Below, piece after piece: positions 29,465 through 39,945 of a stretch of DNA of 64,000 nt; within the stretch, counting starts at the first letter, position 1, and each line of letters opens with the position of its first letter. The translations under genes were made by a program, and so were the position numbers. Location: the NCBI GenBank assembly GCA_963845565.1, contig CAWJSJ010000001.1, positions 768,001 through 832,000 of the forward strand, in the 5' to 3' direction. The notes under the pieces are model-generated. The model was not told where the DNA came from, did not search any database, and saw only the letters and a program-made list of their open reading frames with translations. The stretch comes from an uncultured Methylomirabilota bacterium (lineage in GTDB: Bacteria; Methylomirabilota; Methylomirabilia; Methylomirabilales; 2-02-FULL-66-22).

Positions 29465-30531
29465 GGATGCGGCGCCCCCCAGTGTACCCGATAGCGCGAA
29501 ACGACGTCACTCCCCAATACGAAGAACAGCAGGGTACCCTCCAAGACGAGGCCGACGGCGGAGGGGAGGTGCATGACGGTCTGCAACTGGTCCCCGCCGA
29601 CCAGCACGCTCGCAATGAGGAATCCGGTCAGGATGATCCCGACCGGATGGAGGCGTGAAAGCCAGGCCACGATGATTCCCGTGTACCCGTGCCCCACGGC
29701 GAGTCCCTGCTGAAGTCGGTAGTGGATCCCGGACACCTCGGCCATTCCCGCCAGTCCCGCCAGTCCCCCGCTGAGGAACATCACCCAGAGGATCGTCCGG
29801 CCGATGCGCATCCCGGCATAGCGAGCGGCCTTGGGACTCTCTCCGATCACGCGAATCTCGAATCCCCATCGCGTCCGCGACAGCGCCACCTGGCAGAGGA
29901 CCGCGGCGACAAGCGCCAGAGCGATACCGGGATGGATCCGTGTTCCGGGGAGACGCGGAAACCAGGCGTTCTCTGGAAGCATGGCCGTACCGGGAAACCC
30001 CATCCCCATCGGATCCCGCCAGGGTCCGAAGTAGAGGTGTTCCAACCAGAAAATGGCCACGTAATTCAGCATCAGGGTTGTCAGGATCTCGTTGACGTCC
30101 AGCTTGGCCCGGAGGACTCCCGCCAGGAGCGCCCAGAGGCCCCCCGCCAGGAAACCCGCAGCCAGTATGAGGGGAAGCATCGCGGCGGACGGCAGGTACG
30201 GGTGAAGGAAGAGCGCCACACCAGCGGCGCCGATCCCGCCCAACACGAGCTGGCCCTCGGCGCCCACGTTCCACACCTGGATCTTGGCGGCCACTGCGAC
30301 CGCCAGACCGCACAGCATCAAAGGGATTGCCTTGACGATGACCTCGGACACGTCGTGCAGGCTCCCGAAGGCGCCTCGCGCCATCACGGTGTACGCGGCC
30401 ACAGGGTCGGCGCCTGCCAACAGGAACACGACACCGCCCATACCCAGGGCGAGGCTGATGGCGACCCCGTACCCGCCCCAGCGGGCCGCCGCGGACGGCG
30501 CCAACCGTCGTTCGAGCCTCGGACGCATCAT
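29461..30531 (-). CDS. Nucleoside/simple-sugar ABC permease 1
   Basis: WNVGAEGQ, VNEILTTLMLNY, GYTGIIVAWL; ATG overlaps ATPase stop. Confidence 0.9.
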   Translation of the reverse strand: MMRPRLERRLAPSAAARWGGYGVAISLALGMGGVVFLLAGADPVAAYTVMARGAFGSLHDVSEVIVKAIPLMLCGLAVAVAAKIQVWNVGAEGQLVLGGIGAAGVALFLHPYLPSAAMLPLILAAGFLAGGLWALLAGVLRAKLDVNEILTTLMLNYVAIFWLEHLYFGPWRDPMGMGFPGTAMLPENAWFPRLPGTRIHPGIALALVAAVLCQVALSRTRWGFEIRVIGESPKAARYAGMRIGRTILWVMFLSGGLAGLAGMAEVSGIHYRLQQGLAVGHGYTGIIVAWLSRLHPVGIILTGFLIASVLVGGDQLQTVMHLPSAVGLVLEGTLLFFVLGSDVVSRYRVHWGAPHP

Positions 30532-32030
30532 GCCTGTCTCACTCCGGCCATCATCGGCCCGATCTCCGCAAGCGCCTCCGAATCGCTGGTGGAGAGCACA
30601 CCCATGATCTCGCCCCGGAAGATCACCGCAATCCGATCGCTCAAGGAGAGCGCCTCGGTCAGATCGCCGGAGACCAACAGGATTCCCGCATCGGCCCGCT
30701 GCCGGAGCAGTTCCCTCCATACCTCGACCGTGGCCCCGATATCCAGTCCGTGGGTCGGCTGGTCGGCCACGATCAGGCGTGGCCCTTTCGACAGTTCGCG
30801 CGCCAGAATCAACTTCTGCAGGTTCCCGCCCGAAAGCTGCCGGGCTAGGGCGTGCGGCCCGGGTGCCGCGACGTGGAACCGCGCCAGCAACTCCGCCGTC
30901 TGTCGGCGAGCCGCGTGTCGCGGCAGCAGTCCGCGGCGAGACAACCGCCGATAGGTCGTCAGGAGCACGTTGTCGGTCAAGTCCAACCCGGCGACAGAGC
31001 CCGTGCCGGTGCGATCTTCCGGGATGTACCCCACCCGTTCCTCGGCGAACGGCTGCCCGGCGCGCACGCGCCGTCCAAGGACCAACACCTGACCCGAGGT
31101 GAAACAGGCCCCGCCGGTGATCGCCGACACGAGTTCGGTCTGGCCGTTTCCGGCCACGCCCACGATGGAGAACACTTCGCCGCGACGGACGGCAAAGCTG
31201 ACATGGTGAAAGGCGCGGTGCCCCTGTCGGTCCGATCCGGAGCAATCGCGGAGCTCCAAGACGACGTCACCGATCGGGACCGGTTCCCGATCCACGCCCA
31301 GCACCACCTCCCGGCCCACCATCAACCGAGCCAGCTCCCGGCGGCTCTCCACCTCGGCGGGCGCAAGGTCCGCGACGCGCCGGCCGCGGCGAAGCACCGT
31401 GATCTGATCGGCGATCTCCATCACCTCTTCCAGTTTGTGTGTGATGAAGATCACCGACCGCCCTTCACGCACGATCCGGCGGAGCGTGGCAAAGAGCCCG
31501 GCAATTTCGCCCGAGGTGAGGACTGCCGTCGGTTCGTCGAGAATCAGGAGATTCGCGTTTCGGAACAGCAACTTGAGGATCTCGACCCGCTGCTGCTCGC
31601 CGAGCGAGAGATCGGCGATCCTGGCGTGCGGGTCGATGGGGAGGCCGTAGGTGTCGGCGAGTCGCCGGACCTCCCTCTCCATGCGCCCGCGATGCAGCAG
31701 GAATCGAGGCGCCTCCAGACCCAAGGCCACATTCTCCGCCACGGTCTGGTTGGCGACGAGCATGAAATGCTGATGGACCATGCCGATGCCGCTGCGCAGC
31801 GCGTCCTTGGGGGAGCGAAAACGGACGGACGATCCGGCGACGACGATCTCGCCGGCATCCGGCTGGTAGCGACCGGAGAGGATGTTCATCAGGGTCGTTT
31901 TTCCGGCCCCGTTTTCACCGAGCAGGGCGCGCACTGTGCCCGGTTCGACGGTCAGGTCGATCCCGTCGTTGGCGAGCGTACCCGGAAACCGCTTGGTGAT
32001 CCCCTTCAGACGGACGGCGATCGCGGCCAT
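30528..32030 (-). CDS. Nucleoside/simple-sugar ABC ATPase (two fused NBDs)
   Basis: GENGAGKTT, VHQHFML, LDEPT; second domain GVAGNGQ, LSGGNLQK. Confidence 0.92.
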   Translation of the reverse strand: MAAIAVRLKGITKRFPGTLANDGIDLTVEPGTVRALLGENGAGKTTLMNILSGRYQPDAGEIVVAGSSVRFRSPKDALRSGIGMVHQHFMLVANQTVAENVALGLEAPRFLLHRGRMEREVRRLADTYGLPIDPHARIADLSLGEQQRVEILKLLFRNANLLILDEPTAVLTSGEIAGLFATLRRIVREGRSVIFITHKLEEVMEIADQITVLRRGRRVADLAPAEVESRRELARLMVGREVVLGVDREPVPIGDVVLELRDCSGSDRQGHRAFHHVSFAVRRGEVFSIVGVAGNGQTELVSAITGGACFTSGQVLVLGRRVRAGQPFAEERVGYIPEDRTGTGSVAGLDLTDNVLLTTYRRLSRRGLLPRHAARRQTAELLARFHVAAPGPHALARQLSGGNLQKLILARELSKGPRLIVADQPTHGLDIGATVEVWRELLRQRADAGILLVSGDLTEALSLSDRIAVIFRGEIMGVLSTSDSEALAEIGPMMAGVRQA

Positions 32031-32719
32031 AACTTCCCTTGGGTCACATCCGCCGTAAGGGTTCCCGGCCGCACCAAGGGGTCGGGCAGGTGAGCGAGCG
32101 AGTGCACGGGGGCAGGCAGGACCCGGGTCCGCTTGCCTTCCTCGGCGACACAGAAGACCCCGCGGAGAGGGATCGGATTCGGAAGGCTCTTGAACCGCAC
32201 CACCTGGTCGAGGAGATCTACGAGCCCCAGCACCGTGCCGCCCGTGGTCACGACATCGTCGATCAAAATCACCCCGCAGGCCGCGCGTGCCGCCAGCAGG
32301 TTGATGTCACGCTCGTAGAGCGCCAAGTACTTGACCCCGCTGGTGATGGAGTCCGCCCCGACCTGAATCACAGGACGTCCGGAGGGCTCCATGTGCGGTT
32401 TGACCCGATTATAGGCTACAGCCATCGCGGCCATATCCAACTCCGACGCCACCACTTGCGCCAATTGCAGCGCTTTCTCGACGACGGTGATGAGGCAGAG
32501 ATCCCGATACTCCGCGCAGGCCGACCGGATCCGTTCCGCCAACAATCGCCCGAGATCGCGATTCCATCGAATCTGGCCGACGAGGTTCAACGAGGCAATG
32601 CGCACGTCTCGGTCGTCACCCGACAGCCAGACCCAGGGAAGGTGGAGCGGATACGACACCCCGGGAACCGTCAGGACGTACCGTTCGCCGCTTTCGAAAG
32701 GCTCACTGGTGGCACCCAT
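32006..32719 (-). CDS. Type I phosphoribosyltransferase (divergent purine PRT-like)
   Basis: PRPP-binding VILIDDVVTTGGT; SITSG loop. Confidence 0.8.
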   Translation of the reverse strand: MGATSEPFESGERYVLTVPGVSYPLHLPWVWLSGDDRDVRIASLNLVGQIRWNRDLGRLLAERIRSACAEYRDLCLITVVEKALQLAQVVASELDMAAMAVAYNRVKPHMEPSGRPVIQVGADSITSGVKYLALYERDINLLAARAACGVILIDDVVTTGGTVLGLVDLLDQVVRFKSLPNPIPLRGVFCVAEEGKRTRVLPAPVHSLAHLPDPLVRPGTLTADVTQGKLWPRSPSV

Positions 32720-32791
32720 GGCACCTCGCGCTGCCCGCCCAGCCCGGGCGCCGCGAAGAGCCGCACCCGGGCTGGGGCCCCGTTACGTTCG

Positions 32792-33913
32792 TCACTCCGG
32801 GATTTTCCCGACCACACCCTCCACGAACCACTTCATGGTGAGCAATTCCTTGTCGGAGGCTCGCTGTCCGGCGACGAGGACCACTTTGCCCTCCTGGTCC
32901 CTGATCGGACCAAGGAAGGAATCGTCCTTGCCGTCCTTCATCTTCTTCAACTCCGCCAACACTTTCTGCTGGGCGGACTTCGGCACGGACGGGTGGAATG
33001 CGGACAAGCCGATGAGATTCTCCTTGAACCCCCAGAAAACCTCCTGCGGCTTCCAGGTCTTGTTCATGACGCGCTTCACCGCGTCCACGTAGTAGGGACC
33101 CCAGTTCCACGTGGTGGACACCAAGGCGCAGTCCGCTCCGAACTGGCGCACATCCATCCCGTACCCGATCGTCGGGACCTTCTTGTAGCAGGCGGTCCGC
33201 GCCGAATCCGGTGTGTCCGCCATCTGGCGAATGAGGTCATGCTGTTGATTGATCAGCGTCTCCGCCAGGACTACCTCATTGATGGGGTCCAGCCATTTCT
33301 TCAACCAGACCACGGTGTTGACCTTCTTGGGATCGTGAGGGTGATTCCCCTCTTTCAACCCGCGCAGCAAGCCGAGCGTGAAGGCGTTAATCCCCCGAAC
33401 CGGCTCCGGAATGGGTTGGGTGGCGACCGTGCCGACGTTCTTATAACCCATCAGTCCGGCCAGGTACCCGGCGAGGTACTCGGACTGCTCCATCCGCGCG
33501 AAATAGTTCCCCATGTTCGGGCCGGTCTTGTAGCCGGAGCAGTGCTCGAACGCCGTCTTGGGAAAATCCTTGGCGACGATGAGGGTCGGATCCATGTGCT
33601 CGAAGGTCGTGGCGAAGACAATCTCGTGACCGCTCTTCGCGTACCCTCGCACGACCCGTTCCGTGTCCGCCGCCAAGACATTTTCGGTGTAGGAGACGCT
33701 CACCTGGTCCTTCATCTCCCTCTTCAGGTACTCGATCCCCCGGTAGTGCGCCGTGCTCCAGCCCAGGTCGTGAATCGTAGACAGCAGCGCAAATGCCACC
33801 TTCGTCTTGGCGGGTTTTCCCGCCTCCTTCTTCTCTTGTGCCGATGCGCCCGCGCCGAGGGCCGCGAACGTAAGCAAACCGATGACCAGCATCGAAACAG
33901 ACCGAGACGTCAT
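32792..33913 (-). CDS. BMP/PnrA-family ABC substrate-binding protein
   Basis: Signal peptide; DLGWSTAH, FEHCSGYK, INAFTLG, WLDP, WNWGPYY; GAGGAGG RBS. Confidence 0.9.
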   Translation of the reverse strand: MTSRSVSMLVIGLLTFAALGAGASAQEKKEAGKPAKTKVAFALLSTIHDLGWSTAHYRGIEYLKREMKDQVSVSYTENVLAADTERVVRGYAKSGHEIVFATTFEHMDPTLIVAKDFPKTAFEHCSGYKTGPNMGNYFARMEQSEYLAGYLAGLMGYKNVGTVATQPIPEPVRGINAFTLGLLRGLKEGNHPHDPKKVNTVVWLKKWLDPINEVVLAETLINQQHDLIRQMADTPDSARTACYKKVPTIGYGMDVRQFGADCALVSTTWNWGPYYVDAVKRVMNKTWKPQEVFWGFKENLIGLSAFHPSVPKSAQQKVLAELKKMKDGKDDSFLGPIRDQEGKVVLVAGQRASDKELLTMKWFVEGVVGKIPE

Positions 33914-34324
33914 GGAGGCCTCCTCTGCGGTAAGGGCATTACCAGAAAGACACCGTGTCGCACGCGACCGGGAGCGCCGATCGTCCTCCGGAACGCACCA
34001 CGATCGGGTATTCGTATCGTACCCGCGCGACGCCGGCGTTTGATTATCACACCCCCGTCCCCATTGCAATACCGGCCGGTCGGTCGTGTCGTCATCCACA
34101 ACAGTGCGGACCCCCGGCATGTCACCGGCGTGGCTTCCCCGGGAACCCGACGTGGGAAACCCATTGACTCGCCTCAGCGCTCCCGGTAGTCTTGCGTGGG
34201 AAGGTACCTGGAGTTCCTGCAGCGCTTTCCCATTGCGCCCCGGTGTCGCATGCGCATCGCGGAGGGGTGACCGGTTGCGATGACGTGCGGAGGCCATGGG
34301 GCCCGGCGAGAGGAGGAGAATCGC

Positions 34325-35572
34325 ATGGCCGAGTTGAATCCGTTTACCATCGCGCAGAAGCAGTTGGACACGGCCGCGGCACGATTGGGGTTGGACCCAG
34401 CCACCCATGAGTTCCTCCGGTGGCCCCAGAAGGAGTTGGTGGTCTCGATCCCGGTGCGGATGGACGATGGCTCGGTCAAGGTATTCCGAGGCTACCGCGT
34501 GCAGTACAACTCCGCCCGGGGCCCGAACAAGGGCGGTCTCCGTTGGCATCCGGACGAGACCATCGACACCGTTCGCGCGCTCGCCGCGTGGATGACCTGG
34601 AAGACGTCCGTGGTGGACATCCCGCTCGGCGGCGCCAAAGGCGGGGTCACCTGCAATCCAAAGACGATGTCGGAGGGCGAGAAAGAACGTCTGGCGCGGG
34701 GGTATATACGCGCAGTGGCCGCATTCCTGTCGGTCTCCAAGGATGTCCCCGCCCCCGACGTGTACACCACGCCCCAGATCATGGCGTGGATGATGGACGA
34801 GTACGAAACGCTGGTCGGCGAGCACCATCCCGGCGTCATCACCGGGAAACCCATCCCGCTGGGGGGATCCGAGGGCCGCGGGGACGCCACCGCGCGCGGC
34901 GGCGTTTATGTGACCCGCGAGGCCGCCAAGACGCTCGGGATTGATCTGGGCGGCAAGACCATGGCCATCCAGGGGTTCGGCAATGCCGGACAGTACGCGG
35001 CCCTCCTCGGCCACGACATCCTGGGGCTCACACTGGTGGCGGCCTCCGACTCGAAGGGCGGCATCCACAACCCCCGAGGGCTGGATCCTCGGAAAGTGGT
35101 GGATTACAAACGCAAGACCGGCAGCCTCCAGGGTTTCCCCGGTGCCGACCCGATCAGCAACGAGGCGCTCTTGGAGTTGGAGGTCACGGTGCTCTTCCCC
35201 TCCGCTCTCGAGAACGTCATCACGCCGGCGAACGCCAACCGCCTCCAGTGCAAGATCTCCTGCGAGCTGGCCAACGGGCCAACCACGCCGGAGGCCGATG
35301 ATATCCTGTACGACCGCGGGATCTTCGTGGTGCCGGATTTCCTGGCGAACGCCGGCGGGGTCACCGTCTCCTATTTCGAGCAGGTGCAGAACACCTACAA
35401 CTTCTACTGGCCGCTGAGCGAGGTCCACCAGCGTCTGGACGAAAAGATGACCCGCGCGTTTCACGGCGTGCATCAGATGTACACCAAAGAGAAGGTCAAC
35501 ATGCGGCAGGCCGCCTACCTCGTGGCGGTGGCGCGGGTGGCCGAAGCCTGCAAACTGCGCGGCTGGGTGTAG
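34325..35572 (+). CDS. gdhA: Glu/Leu/Phe/Val dehydrogenase (glutamate dehydrogenase)
   Basis: [61 protein letters not shown]. Confidence 0.93.
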   Translation: MAELNPFTIAQKQLDTAAARLGLDPATHEFLRWPQKELVVSIPVRMDDGSVKVFRGYRVQYNSARGPNKGGLRWHPDETIDTVRALAAWMTWKTSVVDIPLGGAKGGVTCNPKTMSEGEKERLARGYIRAVAAFLSVSKDVPAPDVYTTPQIMAWMMDEYETLVGEHHPGVITGKPIPLGGSEGRGDATARGGVYVTREAAKTLGIDLGGKTMAIQGFGNAGQYAALLGHDILGLTLVAASDSKGGIHNPRGLDPRKVVDYKRKTGSLQGFPGADPISNEALLELEVTVLFPSALENVITPANANRLQCKISCELANGPTTPEADDILYDRGIFVVPDFLANAGGVTVSYFEQVQNTYNFYWPLSEVHQRLDEKMTRAFHGVHQMYTKEKVNMRQAAYLVAVARVAEACKLRGWV

Positions 35573-35719
35573 GCGGTGCGCTACCCACGGTAGGCGCCTC
35601 CGACGTTTTCGACGGGGATTCCCCCCGCGTCCCATGGGGAGTCCCCGTCCGCATCTCGGCAGGCAAGCGCACCCCTCTTCTGTCACGGCACAGGTCGCCG
35701 TCCCCCCTGTGGAGCTGCC

Positions 35720-38023
35720 ATGGATCTGCTGCACATCTATCGGCTGTACCGGAAGATGCATCAATACCCGAACCTCATCGGGCTCATGCGCAGCATCTTT
35801 CTGGACGTGCTGGACCAACGCGGCGTCGTCGGCCGGGAGCGCCTCTACACGCAGGCGCTCGAGGAGATGCGAAAGGACGCCGCGCCGGATACGGAGACGA
35901 ACCGACAGGAGTACATCGAGGCGTTGATCGACACCTACGTCGCCCAGCACCTGAGCGGAACCGACGTCGAGAACTACATCAACCTGGCGCGGAAGAGAGA
36001 TAATGCGCAGACGTTGAGCATGCTTGTCAACCGCGACCAGGCGACGGCCGAGGAGATCGTCAAGGCCCTCCGGGAGTTCTGTGACATTCCCAAGGGCGAG
36101 GTGTACATCTCGGGCGAGGAGGCGGAGGGCATCCGCGTGGCGCTGATTTCGCGCTTCATCTCGAACCAGTTGCCCTTCATCGGCCTGGCCAAGAACTACA
36201 TCACGATCCGCGACACCGATCTCATCCTGCGGAACACGCTCTTCAGTCGGCGCCGGCCAGGTAAATTGGGCGGCAAAGCGGCCGGCATGATCTTGGCCCA
36301 CAAGATCCTGTTACCCACGCTGGAGAAGAAGGACCCGGAGCTGGAAGGGCGGATCCGGGTCCCGGACACCTGGTATCTGAATTCCGGCGTGTTCTCCGAA
36401 TTCCTGGACCGCAACAACCTGTACCTCTTCCACACCTTCAAATACAAGGACCGCGAGAGCATCGAGAAAGACTTCCTCCGGATCGAGGAGCAGTTCAAGT
36501 TCGCCACCTTCGCCCCCGAGGTCGTGGAGGACTTCCGCCGCATCCTGGAAGAGATCGGGGACCACCCGATCATCGTCCGATCCTCCAGCATGCTGGAAGA
36601 CAACTTCGGCCTGGCGTTTTCCGGGAAGTACATGTCGGTGTTCCTCACCAACCAGGGCGACCTGGAGACGCGCCTGAGTCGCTTCATCGTGGGCCTGAAG
36701 AAGGTCTTCGCCAGCACCTTCGGCCCCGACCCCATCCTGTACCGACGCGACCATGGCCTGCTCGATTACGACGAGCGGATGGCGATGGTCGTCCAGAAGG
36801 TCGTCGGTCGGCGCTTCGGCGACTATTTCTACCCCTTTGCGGCCGGGGTCATGTTCTCGCGTAACGTGTACGGGTGGAACCCGAAGATCGACAAGGAGGC
36901 CGGTTTGGTTCGGCTGGTGCACGGACTGGGAACCCGCGCGGTGGACCGGGTCGGGTCGGACTATCCCCGCATGGTCCCATTGAGCCATCCCACCCTCCGC
37001 CCCGAGGTGACCGCCGACCAGATTCGCAAATACTCCCAGAAGCAGGTGGACGTCCTCAACTTAAAGAAGGGCGTCCTTGAGACGGTGGATTTCCAGACCC
37101 TCACCGCATCGGACACCCATCCGGACCTCTTCTATGCCGCCTCGATCCAGGACCACGATCACCTCGCCGCCCCGCTCTTCAAGACGCAGGAGTTGCGGGG
37201 GCAGGAGCTATGCCTGACGTTCGACAATTTGTTGGCCAAGACCCCCCTCGTGCAATTGGCCCGCACGATTCTGGCCCGGGTGGAAGCCGCCTACGGACGC
37301 CCGGTCGACATCGAGTTCGCGTGGGACCACGACACGTTCTATCTCCTTCAGTGCCGGTCGCTGTCCATGCGCAAAGAGCACCAGAAGGTCGCCATCCCGG
37401 ACGACACCCCGCCGGAACGCGTGCTGTTCACGACCCACTCGAGTCTGTCCAACAGCGTGGTCGCCGACCTGGAGTACATCGTCTACGTGAACCCGCGTGC
37501 GTACGATAGCCTCCCGACCTACGACGCGAAGTTGCGTATCGCCTCGGTGGTCAATCTGCTCAACAAACATTTCGCCGGCCGCCGGTACGCCCTCATGGGG
37601 CCCGGCCGCTGGGGCAGTAACGACATCAATTTGGGCGTCCGCGTTACCTACTCGAATATCAACCGGACCTCGCTGTTGGTGGAGATCGCCTTTGCGAAGG
37701 AAGGGGGCACGCCGGAGGTGTCGTACGGAACCCACTTCTTCCAGGACCTGGTGGAGGCCGACATCACCGTCGCCTCGCTCTTTCCGGACGACCCGGAGGC
37801 GTTCCTCAACGAAGAGTTCCTCCTTGGCGCCGAGAACCTGCTCGGCGTGATAGCGCCCGAGGTGCAGGACTGCGCTCCGGTGGTTCGGGTCATCAACGTC
37901 CCGGCGGTGCGTGATGGGGATTATCTGCACGTGTACATGGACGCCGGCAGCCGAAAGGGGCTCGGCTTCTTCGGTCCGCGCCAGGACGGCGGCACCGAGC
38001 CGCCCCACATTCCTGCGTCGTAG
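35720..38023 (+). CDS. PEP-synthase/PPDK N-terminal ATP-grasp-like protein with atypical C-terminus
   Basis: LGGKAAGM, IVRSSSMLEDNFGLAFSGKY, MAMVVQ, GLGTRAV, DIEFA, LLQCRSL; C-terminal GPGRWGS and SYGTHFFQDLVE. Confidence 0.85.
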   Translation: MDLLHIYRLYRKMHQYPNLIGLMRSIFLDVLDQRGVVGRERLYTQALEEMRKDAAPDTETNRQEYIEALIDTYVAQHLSGTDVENYINLARKRDNAQTLSMLVNRDQATAEEIVKALREFCDIPKGEVYISGEEAEGIRVALISRFISNQLPFIGLAKNYITIRDTDLILRNTLFSRRRPGKLGGKAAGMILAHKILLPTLEKKDPELEGRIRVPDTWYLNSGVFSEFLDRNNLYLFHTFKYKDRESIEKDFLRIEEQFKFATFAPEVVEDFRRILEEIGDHPIIVRSSSMLEDNFGLAFSGKYMSVFLTNQGDLETRLSRFIVGLKKVFASTFGPDPILYRRDHGLLDYDERMAMVVQKVVGRRFGDYFYPFAAGVMFSRNVYGWNPKIDKEAGLVRLVHGLGTRAVDRVGSDYPRMVPLSHPTLRPEVTADQIRKYSQKQVDVLNLKKGVLETVDFQTLTASDTHPDLFYAASIQDHDHLAAPLFKTQELRGQELCLTFDNLLAKTPLVQLARTILARVEAAYGRPVDIEFAWDHDTFYLLQCRSLSMRKEHQKVAIPDDTPPERVLFTTHSSLSNSVVADLEYIVYVNPRAYDSLPTYDAKLRIASVVNLLNKHFAGRRYALMGPGRWGSNDINLGVRVTYSNINRTSLLVEIAFAKEGGTPEVSYGTHFFQDLVEADITVASLFPDDPEAFLNEEFLLGAENLLGVIAPEVQDCAPVVRVINVPAVRDGDYLHVYMDAGSRKGLGFFGPRQDGGTEPPHIPAS

Positions 38024-38100
38024 GCACACGACCCCGGCCTCTTGAGGTGGGGCCCCGACGAGCGACCGGGCGGAGCCCCGGGGGTGCGCCGGCTGACAGC

Positions 38101-38958
38101 CTATGACTTGGCGGGTGGGGCGGATTGACCGATCGGGCGCTGGAGCGGTCGGAGGAGCGGTTCTTTTTCTTTTTGGAAGCGGACGATGATGCTGATGCGT
38201 CGATTGGCCGAGTCCAGCGGATCGGACCGGCTGGCCAAGCGCCGGTCGGCGTAACCGACGACGGTCGCCACCTGCGTGGGGCGCAGGCCGGCGCCGTCCA
38301 GGATCCGGCGGGCGGCGTTGGCCCGATCAGTCGACAACTCCCAGTTGGTATAGCTCGGAGGACCGACGTACGGGCGGCTATCGGTGTGCCCTTCCAGCAC
38401 AACGTCGTTCGGCAACTTTCCCACTTCTCGTCCGATCAGCGCAAGAACGTCCTGGGTCCCGGCCTTGATCTTGGCGCTCCCCACATCGAAGAAGATCCCT
38501 TGGTTCGTCTCCACGAGCTGGATGCGCAACCCCTCGTCCACGATTTCAATCTTGATCTTATCCTCTAACCGCGCCAGATGCCCCGCGTTGTGGATCTGCT
38601 CCCGGAGGGCCGTTGCCGTCGCCTCCAGCGCTCGCCGATCGGCGTCTCCCGACTTCCCCTCGCCTTCCGGTGTGGGAGGCGGCGGCGCCGGCGTGGTGCG
38701 TCCCATCGGCGCACCCGCTCCCGCCCCCCCCTTCAGGACACTGGCAGCCCCAGTCTGGAATGCCGTGGGATCCTTGAAGTACGCCGAGACCGCGTCTTTG
38801 ACCGACTTGTTTTGGCCCACGATCCAGAGCACGATGAACAGCGCCATCATGGCGGTGACGAAGTCCGCGTACGCTACCTTCCAGGCGCCCCCGTGGTGCC
38901 CGCCGTGGCCGCTCTTCTTTTTGATGATCCTGCGTGGTGCCTCGCTGATGTCCCGCAT
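38101..38958 (-). CDS. motB: Flagellar stator protein MotB
   Basis: WKVAYADFVTAMMALF with conserved Asp; OmpA-like GHTD, NWELSTDRA, NRRI. Confidence 0.95.
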   Translation of the reverse strand: MRDISEAPRRIIKKKSGHGGHHGGAWKVAYADFVTAMMALFIVLWIVGQNKSVKDAVSAYFKDPTAFQTGAASVLKGGAGAGAPMGRTTPAPPPPTPEGEGKSGDADRRALEATATALREQIHNAGHLARLEDKIKIEIVDEGLRIQLVETNQGIFFDVGSAKIKAGTQDVLALIGREVGKLPNDVVLEGHTDSRPYVGPPSYTNWELSTDRANAARRILDGAGLRPTQVATVVGYADRRLASRSDPLDSANRRISIIVRFQKEKEPLLRPLQRPIGQSAPPAKS

Positions 38959-38964
38959 GGCGTC

Positions 38965-39825
38965 CTACCGTGGCACGACGGCTTTACACGCCGTTTCCAG
39001 TTCGTCGTTACTGGGGCGGTCATAACTGAAGATGACCCGACGGCTAAACTCCACCGCGACGATGGGCGCAGAACCGTTGGCGAATGCCAAGATCCCCGAC
39101 TTGATGCACAAGAGGAATTTCGCCTCCTCTTCACTCATCGACTGAAGGTTGTTGGCCATGGGACCGACGAAACCGTAGCACAGCAGGATCCCGACGAAGG
39201 TGCCCACCAGCGCCACCGCCACCTTATGACCGATCTCCTCCGGCGGACCATTGATGGCCTGCATCGTGATGACGATCCCGAGCACCGCAGCCACGATTCC
39301 CAGGCCCGGCAGGGAGTCGCTGACCCGCGTCAGGATACTCGGATAGCGACCCTCCTCTTCATGGTGCGTCTCCATCTCCGCGTCCATCATCTCCTCCAGT
39401 TGGATCGGCGTGACCGAGCCATCCACCAGCAGCTTGAGGGAATCGCAGAGGAAGTGTAGCGCGTGGTGGTTTTTCAGGAGTGTACCGTACTTGGAAAAGA
39501 TCGAACTCTTGATCGGGTCGCTCACGTCCTGGTCGAGTGCGATGAAGCCGTTCTTTTTGGCGTTAATGAAGACCTCATAGAGGGCTGTCAGTAATTCCAA
39601 GTAACTGGCTTTGGAGGGCCCGGCTCCCGAGAGGAGGAGTGGGAGTTTCCCGACCAGCCCCTTGAGGATCTTGAGCGGAGTTGCGATCAGAATGGAGCCG
39701 ATCGCCGCCCCTCCAATGATCAGAAATTCCACGGGCTGGATGAGGACCAGCGGCGGTCCGCCCTCAATGACAAACCCGCCCACGACTCCCGCAATCACCA
39801 CCACACTGCCGATAATGACGAACAT
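38965..39825 (-). CDS. motA: Flagellar stator protein MotA
   Basis: QPVEFLIIGG, LPGLGIVAAVLG, ALVGTFVGILLCYG, AVEFSRR. Confidence 0.95.
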   Translation of the reverse strand: MFVIIGSVVVIAGVVGGFVIEGGPPLVLIQPVEFLIIGGAAIGSILIATPLKILKGLVGKLPLLLSGAGPSKASYLELLTALYEVFINAKKNGFIALDQDVSDPIKSSIFSKYGTLLKNHHALHFLCDSLKLLVDGSVTPIQLEEMMDAEMETHHEEEGRYPSILTRVSDSLPGLGIVAAVLGIVITMQAINGPPEEIGHKVAVALVGTFVGILLCYGFVGPMANNLQSMSEEEAKFLLCIKSGILAFANGSAPIVAVEFSRRVIFSYDRPSNDELETACKAVVPR

Positions 39826-39945
39826 GTTCTGACCCTCGGTGTACAGATTTACCGCAAGGCCCCGCTGTTCACTCTTCCAGGCGTGAAAATACTCTCCAAT
39901 GATTTCCCTTGATTTCCTCGCATCCTATTCGGTAGACTATTTCAT

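Noticed and set aside
29461..31245. Over-long N-terminal extensions in the ORF track (594-aa permease; likewise flhA, flhG, fliO, fliN, livK, activator)
   Set aside because: Extensions overlap upstream genes or lack family features; internal starts have an RBS or stop/start overlap
33914..34324. Purine riboswitch upstream of the nucleoside ABC operon
   Set aside because: No purine-riboswitch core motifs visible on the minus strand
32792..36301. 1169-aa minus-strand ORF that looks like a giant BMP fusion
   Set aside because: Only the last 373 aa are BMP-like, with their own RBS and signal peptide at 33913; the rest is a stop-free antisense frame of gdhA and the next gene, common at high GC
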